DNA from: an uncultured Woeseiaceae bacterium
GTDB lineage: Bacteria > Pseudomonadota > Gammaproteobacteria > Steroidobacterales > Woeseiaceae
Assembly (NCBI GenBank): GCA_964446495.1
Contig: CAYUOY010000001.1
Coordinates: 17,735 to 81,734 of the forward strand
DNA length: 64,000 nucleotides
Direction: 5' to 3'
Within the stretch, counting starts at the first letter, position 1. Each line of letters begins with the position of its first letter. Below the pieces are notes generated by a model that was not told the DNA's origin, made no database searches, and saw nothing but the letters and a program-made list of their open reading frames with translations. The position numbers and the translations under genes are program-made. Of the stretch, positions 19,891-29,293 are shown one piece after another.

Positions 19891-20967
19891 ATGACAGACG
19901 GCGCTATCGCAATGGCCACTGCCCCAAGATTCAATAGCAATATCCTGATAGTCAGTATTTGTGTTGCCCTGGCAGTTGGCATCCTGATCGTTGATATCGC
20001 GTCTTTACCGTTAGGGGTAGCAGCCGGCGTAGCCTACGTTGCGGTTGTCCTGGTTTCTTTGTGGTTGCCCAGGTGGCGTCATTCCCTGTTAGTCGCCGCT
20101 GCGGTATCGGTGCTTACTCTCATCGGCTACTTGTGGTCGGAACCCTCGGGTCTTCAATGGATGGTCATTACCAATCGCTTGCTGGCGTTAGCCGCCGTCT
20201 GGTCGACGGCAGTGATCGGAGGTTGGCTGGTGTTCGCAAGGCGGCAGGGTACAGAAGACGCTCTAAAATCTGCCGAGAAAGAAACGGAGAGAGCGCAAAA
20301 CGCAAAATCCCGATTCCTGGAATCGACGAGCAACGATATGCGGCAACATCTACAGACATTGAGCTTGCTGGGTGCTGTGATGAGCAAGAGCGTTGCAGAC
20401 CGCAAGGCACAGGAAGTCTGTGCCAAACAGAATGACGCAGTCGCTCACCTTGGAGATCTGCTGAATTCGATCCTTGAGTTTTGCGAACTGGAGTCTGGCG
20501 ATGTTAAACCGGCGCTGGCGTCGACGTCGGTTGATGATATTTTTCGCAGGCTAGAGAGTGAATTCGCACCGCAGGCTCGGGCCAAGGGTCTGAAGATCCA
20601 ATTTCATTCAGAAAAGCAAGACGCTTATTCAGATGGCATATTGCTTATGCAGGTGCTTCGCAGCCTGCTTTCCAATGCCATTCGTTATACCAATGAAGGT
20701 GGGATAAATGTTACTTGCGTCGATACATCAGACGGTATGCGAGTATCAGTTGAGGACTCGGGCATCGGCATAGCACCGGATAAATTGAACATTATTTTCG
20801 ATGAGTTCTATCGGGTGGATAGCGATCCGGTCGGCCAAAATGGTGGCCGGGGATTGGGGCTGTCGATTGTTGATCGGGGTCTCAAATTGCTGGAAACCCA
20901 GGTTGAGGTCGAGTCCATGCTGGGCAAGGGGTCGAAATTCTCCTTCGTTGTGCCGGCGGTTGGCTAA
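19891..20967 (+). CDS. membrane histidine-kinase-like protein (HisKA-like + HATPase_c) with a non-canonical H-box
   Basis: About four N-terminal TM segments. Dimerisation/H-box region KSRFLESTSNDMRQHLQTL, where canonical kinases read S-H-D/E-L-R-x-P-L. N box LLSNAIRYT, G1 VEDSGIGI, F box IFDEFYRV, G2 GGRGLGLSIV. Confidence 0.75.
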   Translation: MTDGAIAMATAPRFNSNILIVSICVALAVGILIVDIASLPLGVAAGVAYVAVVLVSLWLPRWRHSLLVAAAVSVLTLIGYLWSEPSGLQWMVITNRLLALAAVWSTAVIGGWLVFARRQGTEDALKSAEKETERAQNAKSRFLESTSNDMRQHLQTLSLLGAVMSKSVADRKAQEVCAKQNDAVAHLGDLLNSILEFCELESGDVKPALASTSVDDIFRRLESEFAPQARAKGLKIQFHSEKQDAYSDGILLMQVLRSLLSNAIRYTNEGGINVTCVDTSDGMRVSVEDSGIGIAPDKLNIIFDEFYRVDSDPVGQNGGRGLGLSIVDRGLKLLETQVEVESMLGKGSKFSFVVPAVG

Positions 20968-21102
20968 CGGTCGAGGTCAAAAAAAAGAGTGGCAATGCTG
21001 TGGCTCACTCGTGCCTCTATTGGGAGACCATGCGATCCTGCCAAAAAAAGCCGCAGGCTGGTAAGATTAGAATCTCTGGAGATTGCTCACAGCTTGCCCT
21101 AA

Positions 21103-22131
21103 ATGCATCGAAATTTATTCATCGCAGGAGTTTTGCTGGCACTCAACGTGGCGGTTGCCACGGCACAGGATGCGACGGAGGGCAACAAGCAAGAGGAGAT
21201 TGGTGTCGAACTTTCTCAGCTTGACAAGGCATCCACCGAGGGAGCCGAATTGCCCCGTAGCGTGAAAGCACAGCAGTATGTCACGTTAAAAGTTGATCAA
21301 ACGGCCAAATGGTTCGACTCGTTTTTTGATGACCCGAACTACGTGGCAGAAGATGCCAGTTCGCGAGTTCGATTTCGGCCGGAATTATATCTGCGGGAGG
21401 AGCAAGGGACAAAAGTTCGGGTCAAAGTCGCGGCAAAGGTTAATTTGCCCAACTTGAATCGAAAAATGAGTCTGGTTATTGGCGGTGATGACGGCACCGG
21501 GGATTTCGAAAACTCTTTGGATGACACCCTGGATGGAGCGAGCATCGGCCTGCAGGCCTTCGGACGGGCGAGTAAGAAGTGGAACCTGAGTGTTACGGCC
21601 GGAGTCAAATTGGATGACTTCGCTTTTTTTGCGGGGCCCCGTGTTCGATACCTTCACGCTATCGGCGATCGCTCGCAATTTCGTTTCGTACAGATTTTTC
21701 GTTGGTTTACCGACAATGGCTGGGACACACGCACCCGTATCGATTTTGATCATGTCTTCGATAACGGGATGTTCTTCCGGCAGACGATTGATGGGCGCCG
21801 CAGGGCTGACAGGTATGACGAAGAGGGTTTTCGGACCCGTGTCAGTACCTCATTGATCAAACGCCTGAGTAGTGATTCTGGTCTCCAGTATGAGTGGTTC
21901 ACCATATTTAACACCAAGCCTGAAAATAAGATCGATAGCACTACTGTGGCGCTGCGGTATAGAAAACGCTACAAATACGACTGGCTATTTTATGAGATCG
22001 TGCCGCAGCTGGCCTTCGAGGATGAATTCGACTGGGACATTAATCCGGGCATTCGTTTCCGGATCGAAATAATTTTTGGCAAGGAGGTACGCAAGGGCAA
22101 GGCGCTCGATGATGATGGCTTCCTTTGGTGA
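21103..22131 (+). CDS. putative outer-membrane beta-barrel protein (uncharacterised)
   Basis: Signal peptide (..LALNVAVATA/QD), alternating hydrophobic beta-strand patterns and a C-terminal aromatic residue (..GFLW). Confidence 0.5.
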   Translation: MHRNLFIAGVLLALNVAVATAQDATEGNKQEEIGVELSQLDKASTEGAELPRSVKAQQYVTLKVDQTAKWFDSFFDDPNYVAEDASSRVRFRPELYLREEQGTKVRVKVAAKVNLPNLNRKMSLVIGGDDGTGDFENSLDDTLDGASIGLQAFGRASKKWNLSVTAGVKLDDFAFFAGPRVRYLHAIGDRSQFRFVQIFRWFTDNGWDTRTRIDFDHVFDNGMFFRQTIDGRRRADRYDEEGFRTRVSTSLIKRLSSDSGLQYEWFTIFNTKPENKIDSTTVALRYRKRYKYDWLFYEIVPQLAFEDEFDWDINPGIRFRIEIIFGKEVRKGKALDDDGFLW

Positions 22132-22199
22132 TACCGGACTAGCGCTGATCGTCAGGAAAACTTGCGCGCAATTTCATAAACGGGGCGGTCAGTCCCCCA

Positions 22200-23213
22200 T
22201 TATTGATGGTGTTCCTGGAACTCCTTCGGTGCCATGCTGGTCCAGCGCTTGAAAGCTCGGGAAAAGTTGCTCTGATCTGAAAACCCCAGCAAATACGCGA
22301 TTTGGGCCTGCGAGTGTTTTTGCTCGCGCAAATAGTCTTCTGCCAGGCGACGGCGGGTGCTTTCGAGTACGTCCCGGTAGCTTGAGCCCTCCTGACTTAG
22401 TTGTCGTTGCAACGTGCTGACGCTGCGATTCATCCGATCGGATATTATCGATTGATCGGTTTCCCCGGAAGGCAATAAATCAATCAAAAGTCGTCGAACC
22501 TCGGATGCGACCTTATGGGAATCAAGCGACTCAATATACTTTTCGGCAATCCTGTCGGTTGCCCTGGCGATATCGGGCGCATCGCTTCGCAGTCTGCGTT
22601 GCAGTGTCGTTTTGTCAAAGTGAAAGCGCTGTATATCCGAATCGAAATCGACAGGCGCGCGGAGGGCGGCTTCGTATGCCGCGGGATGTACTGTCGCGGG
22701 GCTCGTCAACTCAACTCGAAGCGGGCGAATCTCCTCTCCTGAAGCGAGATCGCATAACGTCAGCAAAGCGACCATACCGCAGTCACTGCCTTCCTTGGGC
22801 GGACTGCGTGTGATATCCGGGAATGTCGTGGATAGAACGTAACTATCAGTCGATTCCGTGAGCCTGATCTGCACCGAAGCAGTTGATAGCAAGCGGTGGT
22901 AGCGTACCAGGCGCTGCATGGCGTCCAGCAATGTTGAACTGGCCATCCACGCACAACCAAGAGCATAGAGCTGGGTCGGACGTACGTACTTGCCGGTCTT
23001 AAGGCCAATAGCAGCATCGCCCGTCGCTACCCTGGCAAGATCCCATAACTTCCGCATCCCGGATAATGGGTAACGCTGTTGCGGCGAAGGTGGCTGGTCG
23101 AGATCAAAACCTGCAGCGGTGAAAATCGGCGCTGGATCAATCCCGTACTCCTTGCGCAGCGCGGTGGCCAGAACATGGGTCAGAGCAGCCAGAGTTGTGG
23201 GTTCAGAAAACAT
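22200..23213 (-). CDS. AraC-family transcriptional regulator (N-terminal AraC-type effector-binding-like domain)
   Basis: C-terminal double HTH ..SVSTLQRQLSQEGSSYRDVLESTRRRLAEDYL...IAYLLGFSDQSNFSRAFKRWTSMAPKEF. Confidence 0.85.
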   Translation of the reverse strand: MFSEPTTLAALTHVLATALRKEYGIDPAPIFTAAGFDLDQPPSPQQRYPLSGMRKLWDLARVATGDAAIGLKTGKYVRPTQLYALGCAWMASSTLLDAMQRLVRYHRLLSTASVQIRLTESTDSYVLSTTFPDITRSPPKEGSDCGMVALLTLCDLASGEEIRPLRVELTSPATVHPAAYEAALRAPVDFDSDIQRFHFDKTTLQRRLRSDAPDIARATDRIAEKYIESLDSHKVASEVRRLLIDLLPSGETDQSIISDRMNRSVSTLQRQLSQEGSSYRDVLESTRRRLAEDYLREQKHSQAQIAYLLGFSDQSNFSRAFKRWTSMAPKEFQEHHQ

Positions 23214-23284
23214 ACGAGGTCCATTGAATAGAACTTGGTGGACTTAGACAAGAGGAATATGTCCTGTTGTTCTAACTTACGCGC

Positions 23285-23698
23285 ATGAAGTTCAACCAAA
23301 CAATCAAGTCCGCCGAGATGCTGGACGAAAGCTCTCTGGATACGGCCGATGCTGTCGCGCGGGCTGCACATATTTGGATACGGTCCTTGTGCCTGACTGA
23401 TCTGCAGACAAAAGAAGAGCGTCATGTGTTGGCCTGCGGACTGGTGGCGGGGCTCTGCGAGCGACTACAACTGGATCCGAAGATTCAGGAACTCGTCGCC
23501 TACGTCTATGCGCTACTCGATGATGAGGGGAGTCAGGCACTTGCCGTATCGCGCCTGATGTTAGCCACACCAGTGCCGCTTACCCAGCATCAGGCGTACA
23601 AAAAAGGCCGGGAAGAGGCCGCGGCTATTGTGGAAATGCTCATTTACCACGGGCATTCCAATTCTGAAGTGACGCAAATTGACCGACAATCTACCTGA
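23285..23698 (+). CDS. hypothetical protein
   Basis: 137-aa ORF divergent from the AraC gene. No motif recognised. Confidence 0.4.
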   Translation: MKFNQTIKSAEMLDESSLDTADAVARAAHIWIRSLCLTDLQTKEERHVLACGLVAGLCERLQLDPKIQELVAYVYALLDDEGSQALAVSRLMLATPVPLTQHQAYKKGREEAAAIVEMLIYHGHSNSEVTQIDRQST

Positions 23699-23770
23699 GA
23701 TGACACGCCAGGCGGGGCCGTGTCCAGGTCATTCATTGCAAGCTCAGGACGAAACTATGTGGTGGCAATC

Positions 23771-24064
23771 ATGAAGATAAAAACGTATGGCTACGGTGCA
23801 GGTGGGTTTGCACTGAGTCTATTTTTCTCCATTGTTGCCGGTTTCGGTTTGCAATTTATTTTGGACTCTATATGGGTAAGTCCTGAAAGTTTCGTTGCGA
23901 TTTATAGTTCGTCTTTCGCGAGTGCGATTGTGGCAGTCGCGTTAACATGGTCTTGCTTGCTGCGGGGACTGAAGAACGATGCAGTGATTCGGGGTGTCTG
24001 GGGTCATATTTATTTGACCGCATTGCTTAGTATTATTGGTTTGGCTGTCATGCTATTTGCCTAG
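23771..24064 (+). CDS. small hypothetical membrane protein
   Basis: Three hydrophobic helices (..GGFALSLFFSIVAGFGLQFIL.., ..FASAIVAVALTWSCLL.., ..IYLTALLSIIGLAVMLFA). ATG 23771 was chosen; the track ORF starts at GTG 23720. Confidence 0.4.
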   Translation: MKIKTYGYGAGGFALSLFFSIVAGFGLQFILDSIWVSPESFVAIYSSSFASAIVAVALTWSCLLRGLKNDAVIRGVWGHIYLTALLSIIGLAVMLFA

Positions 24065-24138
24065 CCCGGGCCAGTCGTGTTTTGGAATGATGGTGTTGAA
24101 AATACCATGGACGTTTTTTCAACAGACTGCCTGGCTAA

Positions 24139-25287
24139 TTACGCCGTTGCGTATTCCCGGACAAGCGCATTCCAGGTACCGCGAGACTCGTAGAACGCCG
24201 CGCGTGCATCAACAACTCGCTGCCGCGCATGGCGCTTGAATTCATCAGAATAGGCGTTGACCTGATCGCGCAGCAGCTGGCGATAATCCGTCGCGGCGGA
24301 CTCCCAGGCCTGCAGGTTTTCGCGCAGTTTCTCATAACGACTTCGTACCTGGTTATGAAGATTTCCACTTAATTCGGAGGCAAAATCCCCGCGTTCCGAA
24401 AGCCACCGGGTAACGCGTGTTTCCTCACCAGCAAACCGTGCGGCCAGAATACGGAAGTTCGAGACGCGCTTCAGGTCCCAGACCATGCCAAATTTTTCCA
24501 GTGTCGCAATCAACCATTTGCTGGGATCAAACTGGTACCAGCGTACGCCATTGCGATAGTCGGCGGCGAAACGGTGGTGAAAGTTGTGATAGCCCTCGCC
24601 AAAATTGAAAAACGCGGTAAACCAGTTATCCCGTGCACTCGAATCAATGTCATAAGTGGCGGTCCCAAAGGTATGACAAACGGAATTGACGATAAAAGTC
24701 GTGTGATAGACCAGCGTCAGGCGTAATGCGAAGCCAATCAGGATCGCGCCCAGAAGGTGTCCCGTCAACGCACCAATAAGGATTGGCGTAAGCATACCGG
24801 CCACAATCGCCCACGGTATGTAGTAGCGGTGCTGGTGCATCACAAGCGGATCGGACTGCAGTCGTTTGACCTTGTCATAACGGGTATGGTGTTGCCAAAA
24901 AATCAACCAGCCAATATGGGCGTAGAAAAACCCTTTGCCAATGGAGTACGGGTCTCGTTCGGTGTCGACATAACGATGATGATCATGGTGCTGAGCGGAC
25001 CATTCAAGAGCCGATTGCTGGAAAGCGGCAGCACCGAAAAACAGCAGGAGAAAACGCACTACGCGATTGGCCTTGTAGGTGGCGTGGGCAAAAAGGCGAT
25101 GGTAACCCACGGTAATACTCATTCCAGTGGCACCGAAATAGAATACAGCCAGGGCGATTTCGCTTGCCGCAATGCCATTCTGGTGGATGTAGACGGGTGC
25201 GCCGATCAGTCCCATTAGCGTCGTGATCGAGAAAAAAGTGATATTTACCCAGTTGTTTTTTCGGGTCGCCAGGGCAGGTGCTGTCAT
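24139..25287 (-). CDS. acyl-CoA (delta-9-type) fatty-acid desaturase
   Basis: The three histidine boxes of membrane desaturases: HRLFAH, HHDHHRY and HNFHH. Four N-terminal TM segments. Confidence 0.85.
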   Translation of the reverse strand: MTAPALATRKNNWVNITFFSITTLMGLIGAPVYIHQNGIAASEIALAVFYFGATGMSITVGYHRLFAHATYKANRVVRFLLLFFGAAAFQQSALEWSAQHHDHHRYVDTERDPYSIGKGFFYAHIGWLIFWQHHTRYDKVKRLQSDPLVMHQHRYYIPWAIVAGMLTPILIGALTGHLLGAILIGFALRLTLVYHTTFIVNSVCHTFGTATYDIDSSARDNWFTAFFNFGEGYHNFHHRFAADYRNGVRWYQFDPSKWLIATLEKFGMVWDLKRVSNFRILAARFAGEETRVTRWLSERGDFASELSGNLHNQVRSRYEKLRENLQAWESAATDYRQLLRDQVNAYSDEFKRHARQRVVDARAAFYESRGTWNALVREYATA

Positions 25288-25400
25288 TCGTCATCTCACT
25301 TGATTGGGTGCGTCCAGGTGCGCATTGCGCTCATTGTACAATAATAGAGATCAGGGCTTGGCCGCAATGGTGGACTTACGGTAAGATTCGCGCCCACGGT

Positions 25401-25477
25401 CGGGCTGTGGCGCAGCCTGGTAGCGCATCTGTCTCGGGGTCAGAGGGTCGCAAGTTCGAATCTTGCCAGCCCGACCA
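25401..25477 (+). tRNA. tRNA-Pro (anticodon CGG)
   Basis: CGGGCTG acceptor stem pairs with CAGCCCG before ACCA. D arm GCGC/AGCCTGGTA/GCGC. Anticodon loop CTCGGGG. T arm GCAAG/TTCGAAT/CTTGC. Close to E. coli proK. Confidence 0.9.
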
Positions 25478-25505
25478 ATTTCCTTCTCAGCCCGGCAGCA
25501 CCGGA

Positions 25506-26504
25506 TTATGAACGTCTCTTGACGGCAAATTCGGCGATGGCTATCAGTGCGTCCTTAAAAACAGAATCGGGAATTCCCCTCAAAGCGCTGATGGCTTTGT
25601 CGGCGGCCTCCTGAGCACGGGCTGCCGTGTACTTCAATGCGCCGGTGGATTCAATAACGGCCTGAATGTCATCCAGTCTGTCGAGGCCATCAGCTTCAAT
25701 GGCCGCCCGAATCATGTCCCTCTCGGCAGCGGTTCCTTTCTCCATGGCGTAGATAAGCGGCAACGTCGGTTTGCCCTCCGCCAGGTCATCGCCCAGATTT
25801 TTCCCCAATTCGTCGGGTGAAGCATCGTAGTCCAGTGCATCATCGACCAGTTGGAAAGCGGTCCCGAGGGACTGACCATAGGTGATCATCGCTGTTTCAT
25901 CATTGGGGTCCCGGTCGGCAAGAATGGCGGCGATCTGGGCCCCCGCTTCGAACAATCGCGCTGTCTTGCGGTAGATCACCAAGTTGTAATTTTCTTCACT
26001 GACATCGGGGTCGTGCACATTCATTAACTGCATGACCTCACCAGCCGCGATCGTGTTAGTCGCATCGGCGAGAATTTGCATGATTGGCATGTGACCAATA
26101 TCGACCATCATTTGAAATGCCCGCGAGTACAGAAAGTCACCCACCAGGACGCTGGCCTGGTTGCCGAAGACGGCGTTGGCCGTGTCCTGGCCTCGTCGTC
26201 TTGATGAATCGTCCACCACATCGTCGTGCAGCAGCGTTGCCGTGTGAATGAATTCGATAATGGCGGCAGCATTGATGTGGTGCTTGCCAGGGTATCCGAG
26301 TGCCCGGGCGGCCAGAAGTACGATCAGAGGTCGCAAGCGCTTGCCTCCGCTGGTCACAATATAGGCGGACACCTGCGAAACCAGTGCCACATCGCTGCTC
26401 AGGCTGTCTTGAATCAGCGCATCGACGGCGCGCATATCGGCGCTGGCGAGGTCTTTGACGTCCTCGAACGTGCCGGAAACCGATTTTTCAGGGGCGGGCT
26501 GCAT
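25506..26504 (-). CDS. ispB: octaprenyl-diphosphate synthase
   Basis: Collinear with E. coli IspB: GGKRLRP, first DDxxD motif LLHDDVVDDS, second FQLVDDALDY, GKPTLPLIYA. ATG 26504 was chosen by alignment to the E. coli N-terminus; ATG 26519 and the longer track ORF are alternatives. Confidence 0.85.
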   Translation of the reverse strand: MQPAPEKSVSGTFEDVKDLASADMRAVDALIQDSLSSDVALVSQVSAYIVTSGGKRLRPLIVLLAARALGYPGKHHINAAAIIEFIHTATLLHDDVVDDSSRRRGQDTANAVFGNQASVLVGDFLYSRAFQMMVDIGHMPIMQILADATNTIAAGEVMQLMNVHDPDVSEENYNLVIYRKTARLFEAGAQIAAILADRDPNDETAMITYGQSLGTAFQLVDDALDYDASPDELGKNLGDDLAEGKPTLPLIYAMEKGTAAERDMIRAAIEADGLDRLDDIQAVIESTGALKYTAARAQEAADKAISALRGIPDSVFKDALIAIAEFAVKRRS

Positions 26505-26619
26505 TGCGTCGCCGATCATGCCTGAAAAGCGGATTCTTCGCGACCCGCGCAACGAATTAGATCCTATTTGGTCGAATTGCAAGCTGTTGAATTAAAGTAG
26601 GATTTTTCACTCGCTAGCG

Positions 26620-26648
26620 TTGACCCGGAGGCGGCAAATCTATAGAAT
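26620..26648 (+). promoter_or_regulatory. candidate sigma-70 promoter of rplU-rpmA
   Basis: TTGACC (26620-26625), 17-bp spacer, TAGAAT (26643-26648), about 120 bp upstream of the rplU start. Confidence 0.45.
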
Positions 26649-26770
26649 TCCGGCTCCGTTGGGACTGCAGTCTCGCTGGAGGCCGATATTCGGCTGATCA
26701 GACTCCCAAAACATTCATAATATTCAGCAAGTTGCAAACTGCTGCGACGGGCCAAATGGAGCATGTAACA

Positions 26771-27259
26771 ATGTACGCAGTTTTTCGCTCAGGCGGCAAA
26801 CAGTACCGAGCCAAAGCAGGCGAACGCTTGCAACTGGAGAAACTGGACGCCGAAGAGGGCACAAGCGTCAGTTTTGACGAAGTATTGCTCGTTGGTGAGG
26901 GCAGTGACGTTAAAGTCGGCAGCCCATTGCTGGCAGGAACTTCCGTCACCGCAACGGTTTTGCGTCAGGGCAAGAGCCGTAAGGTGCCTGTGGTGAAGTT
27001 CAAGCGCCGCAAAAACTATCTTCGCCAGGGTACGCACCGGCAGTTTTTCACTGAGGTGGAGATAACCGCGATTGGCGCGAGCACCAAGTCGGCGCCAAAG
27101 AAAGCGGCCGAAAAGAGCGAAGATAAGAAGCCAGCCGCCAAGAAGGCAGCGACGAAAAAGCCGGCGGCCAAGAAAGCGGCGGCCAAGAAGCCTGTGGCGA
27201 AGAAGGCCGCGACAAAAACGGCTTCCGGGAAGAAGGCAAGCAAGAAAACGAGCAAATAG
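26771..27259 (+). CDS. rplU: 50S ribosomal protein L21 with a ~59-aa Lys/Ala-rich C-terminal extension
   Basis: MYAVFRSGGKQYRAKAGERLQLEKL...KFKRRKNYLRQGTHRQFFTEVEITAI matches L21 end to end. It is followed by KSAPKKAAEKSEDKKPAAKKAATKKPAAKKAAAKKPVAKKAATKTASGKKASKKTSK. Confidence 0.9.
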   Translation: MYAVFRSGGKQYRAKAGERLQLEKLDAEEGTSVSFDEVLLVGEGSDVKVGSPLLAGTSVTATVLRQGKSRKVPVVKFKRRKNYLRQGTHRQFFTEVEITAIGASTKSAPKKAAEKSEDKKPAAKKAATKKPAAKKAAAKKPVAKKAATKTASGKKASKKTSK

Positions 27260-27327
27260 CTCAGACAGAATTGATGAGTCACTACTCTGAACGGTGGTTG
27301 ACTCCATGAAACGAAAGGAATATTGCA

Positions 27328-27579
27328 GTGGCTCATAAAAAAGCAGGCGGCAGTACCAAGAACGGTCGCGATTCGGAAAGTAAACGACTGGGCGTCAAAA
27401 TTTATGGCGGACAGCAGGTAGTTGCCGGCAACATCATCGTGCGGCAGCGTGGCACCCATTTTCATGCTGGCCTTAATGTCGGCATTGGACGTGATCACAC
27501 CCTGTTCGCGAAACAGGATGGCACGGTCAAATTTCAACGGAAGGGACCGAAAAACCGTCAGCACGTCAACGTAGTCTGA
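27328..27579 (+). CDS. rpmA: 50S ribosomal protein L27
   Basis: GTG start. (M)[38 protein letters not shown]. Confidence 0.95.
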   Translation: MAHKKAGGSTKNGRDSESKRLGVKIYGGQQVVAGNIIVRQRGTHFHAGLNVGIGRDHTLFAKQDGTVKFQRKGPKNRQHVNVV

Positions 27580-27614
27580 AGGTATGCGGCGCTAGCCGCT
27601 CAGACGACCGTGAC

Positions 27615-27650
27615 AAAAAAGCCCCGCCATGCGGGGCTTTTCACTTTGTG
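27615..27650 (+). terminator. intrinsic terminator after rpmA
   Basis: AAAGCCCCGC-cat-GCGGGGCTTT hairpin followed by a T-rich run, ~40 nt after the rpmA stop. Confidence 0.8.
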
Positions 27651-27692
27651 ACGGGAACATTTTTCCCTCGTAGATAAGCGTATATTCACACC

Positions 27693-28763
27693 ATGAAATT
27701 TGTTGACGAAGCAACGATTCGAGTTAAGGCGGGCAATGGCGGTCATGGCTGCCTGAGTTTTCTCCGTGAAAAATTTGTCGCCAAGGGTGGGCCGGATGGC
27801 GGCGATGGAGGCCGTGGTGGCAGTGTCTACCTGGTTGCGACCGACGCGACCAGTACACTGGCGGATTTTCGAGTGGCGCGAAGGTACGCGGCTGAGAATG
27901 GCCAGCCCGGTGCGGGCAAGAACAGGACCGGCAAGTCCGGCAACAATCTCGACGTTATCGTGCCCTGTGGCACGGTGGTGCATGATGTTGATACCGGTGA
28001 ACTCATTGGTGACCTGACCAAAATAGGTCAGAGGCTGAAAGTTGCGGAGGCCGGGCACCCGGGCCTTGGCAATACGCGCTTCAAAAGCAGCATCAATCGG
28101 GCGCCGCGAAAAACGACGCTTGGGAGTCCGGGCGAAGCGCGGCACCTGCAACTTGAACTCAAGGTTATTGCCGATGTAGGTCTGGTGGGTATGCCGAATG
28201 CGGGCAAATCTACCTTGATTCGAGCGCTATCAGCGGCCAGGCCGAAAGTGGCGGACTATCCGTTTACTACGCTGTTTCCGAACCTGGGTGTAGTAGGCGT
28301 TGGCCCATTGCAGAGTTTCGTAATGGCCGATATACCCGGATTGATCGAAGGAGCGGCTGAAGGGCACGGTCTCGGAATTCAGTTCTTGAAACACTTGCAG
28401 CGTACCCGATTGCTGCTGCACCTTATCGATATCGCACCGATCGATGAGTCGATTGATCCAGCCGCAGAATTTCGCGCTATTGAGAAGGAACTGGTGAAAT
28501 TTTCGGAGAATCTGTCGACTAAACCTCGCTGGCTGGTTATTAACAAGATGGATTTGCTGGCGACAGATCAGCGTCCCGTTGCGCGCCAGGAGCTGCTGGA
28601 CAAGCTTGAATGGGATGGACCGTTTTTTGAAATCAGCGCGATTTCAGGGGAAGGAACGCCGCAGCTTGCACAAGCGGTTATGCTTGAGTTCGAGAGAATC
28701 GACGAGGAAGAGGCAGAAAGGCTACGGTCGTCTGAACAGACGACCACGGCGCTTGAAGACTAA
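27693..28763 (+). CDS. obg: GTPase Obg/CgtA
   Basis: [47 protein letters not shown] (Obg fold), then G motifs GMPNAGKST and DIPGLIEGA. Confidence 0.95.
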   Translation: MKFVDEATIRVKAGNGGHGCLSFLREKFVAKGGPDGGDGGRGGSVYLVATDATSTLADFRVARRYAAENGQPGAGKNRTGKSGNNLDVIVPCGTVVHDVDTGELIGDLTKIGQRLKVAEAGHPGLGNTRFKSSINRAPRKTTLGSPGEARHLQLELKVIADVGLVGMPNAGKSTLIRALSAARPKVADYPFTTLFPNLGVVGVGPLQSFVMADIPGLIEGAAEGHGLGIQFLKHLQRTRLLLHLIDIAPIDESIDPAAEFRAIEKELVKFSENLSTKPRWLVINKMDLLATDQRPVARQELLDKLEWDGPFFEISAISGEGTPQLAQAVMLEFERIDEEEAERLRSSEQTTTALED

Positions 28764-28818
28764 GACTCGAGTTACAGGGCCGATTGTCCGGCCCCGATGG
28801 TTGTTTCTGGCGTGGGGG

Positions 28819-29085
28819 CTAGGCTGCCAGCGCTTTGACTTTCTTATTCAGGCGACTCTTGTGCCGGGCCGCTTTATTTTTGTTCACGACGCCCTTGTTG
28901 ATCATGCTGTCGATCACAGGCACGGCGGCTTGATACGCAGCAACCGCGGCCTCTTTATCACCTTTTTCCACGGCGGAGATAACATTCTTAATGCTGGTGC
29001 GCAATTTTGAACGCAGTCCCATTTTATGGAGGCGGGTCTTTTCCGCCTGCTTGGCGCGTTTGCGCGCCGATTTAATATTGGCCAC
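28819..29085 (-). CDS. rpsT: 30S ribosomal protein S20
   Basis: GTG 29085. (M)ANIKSARKRAKQAEKTRLHKMGLRSKLRTSIKNV.., 88 aa. The longer track ORF is an upstream read-through. Confidence 0.9.
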   Translation of the reverse strand: MANIKSARKRAKQAEKTRLHKMGLRSKLRTSIKNVISAVEKGDKEAAVAAYQAAVPVIDSMINKGVVNKNKAARHKSRLNKKVKALAA

Positions 29086-29293
29086 TCGATATTTCCGTTT
29101 GATTTTGGGTCTGCCCGGGCAATGTTTGAGCCGCCCAGGTCCGAAGAGCCGCGTATTATTCGCGGCTCGCGACAGATTGTCAATGGCCTTGGTCAACGAC
29201 ACGGAGATGCCGGGTTTTCGGCGCCTAAAGCACTGATTCTTAGTCGCATTTAAGGCTAAACTAGCCCCCAACGACGCTCATTCCCGACTTGAT

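Noticed and set aside
24080-24115. An AT-rich inverted repeat GTTGAAAA-N13-TTTTCAAC between the small membrane-protein gene and the desaturase gene
   Set aside because: It could be a weak bidirectional terminator. However, the stem is short and AT-only with a long loop, so there is not enough support to annotate it.
25288-25505. tRNA-Pro (and tRNA-Thr at 44453-44528) as possible integration sites of a genomic island or prophage
   Set aside because: No integrase, excisionase or phage/IS gene lies on either side. No direct repeat of the tRNA 3' end is visible nearby. The flanking genes are conserved housekeeping genes in Pseudomonas-like order.
27080-27259. Short tandem DNA repeats (GCNGCCAAGAAG-like units) that could be mistaken for a repeat array
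   Set aside because: They lie in frame within rplU and encode the AAKK tail. There is no spacer/repeat architecture, so this is not a CRISPR array or a non-coding repeat.
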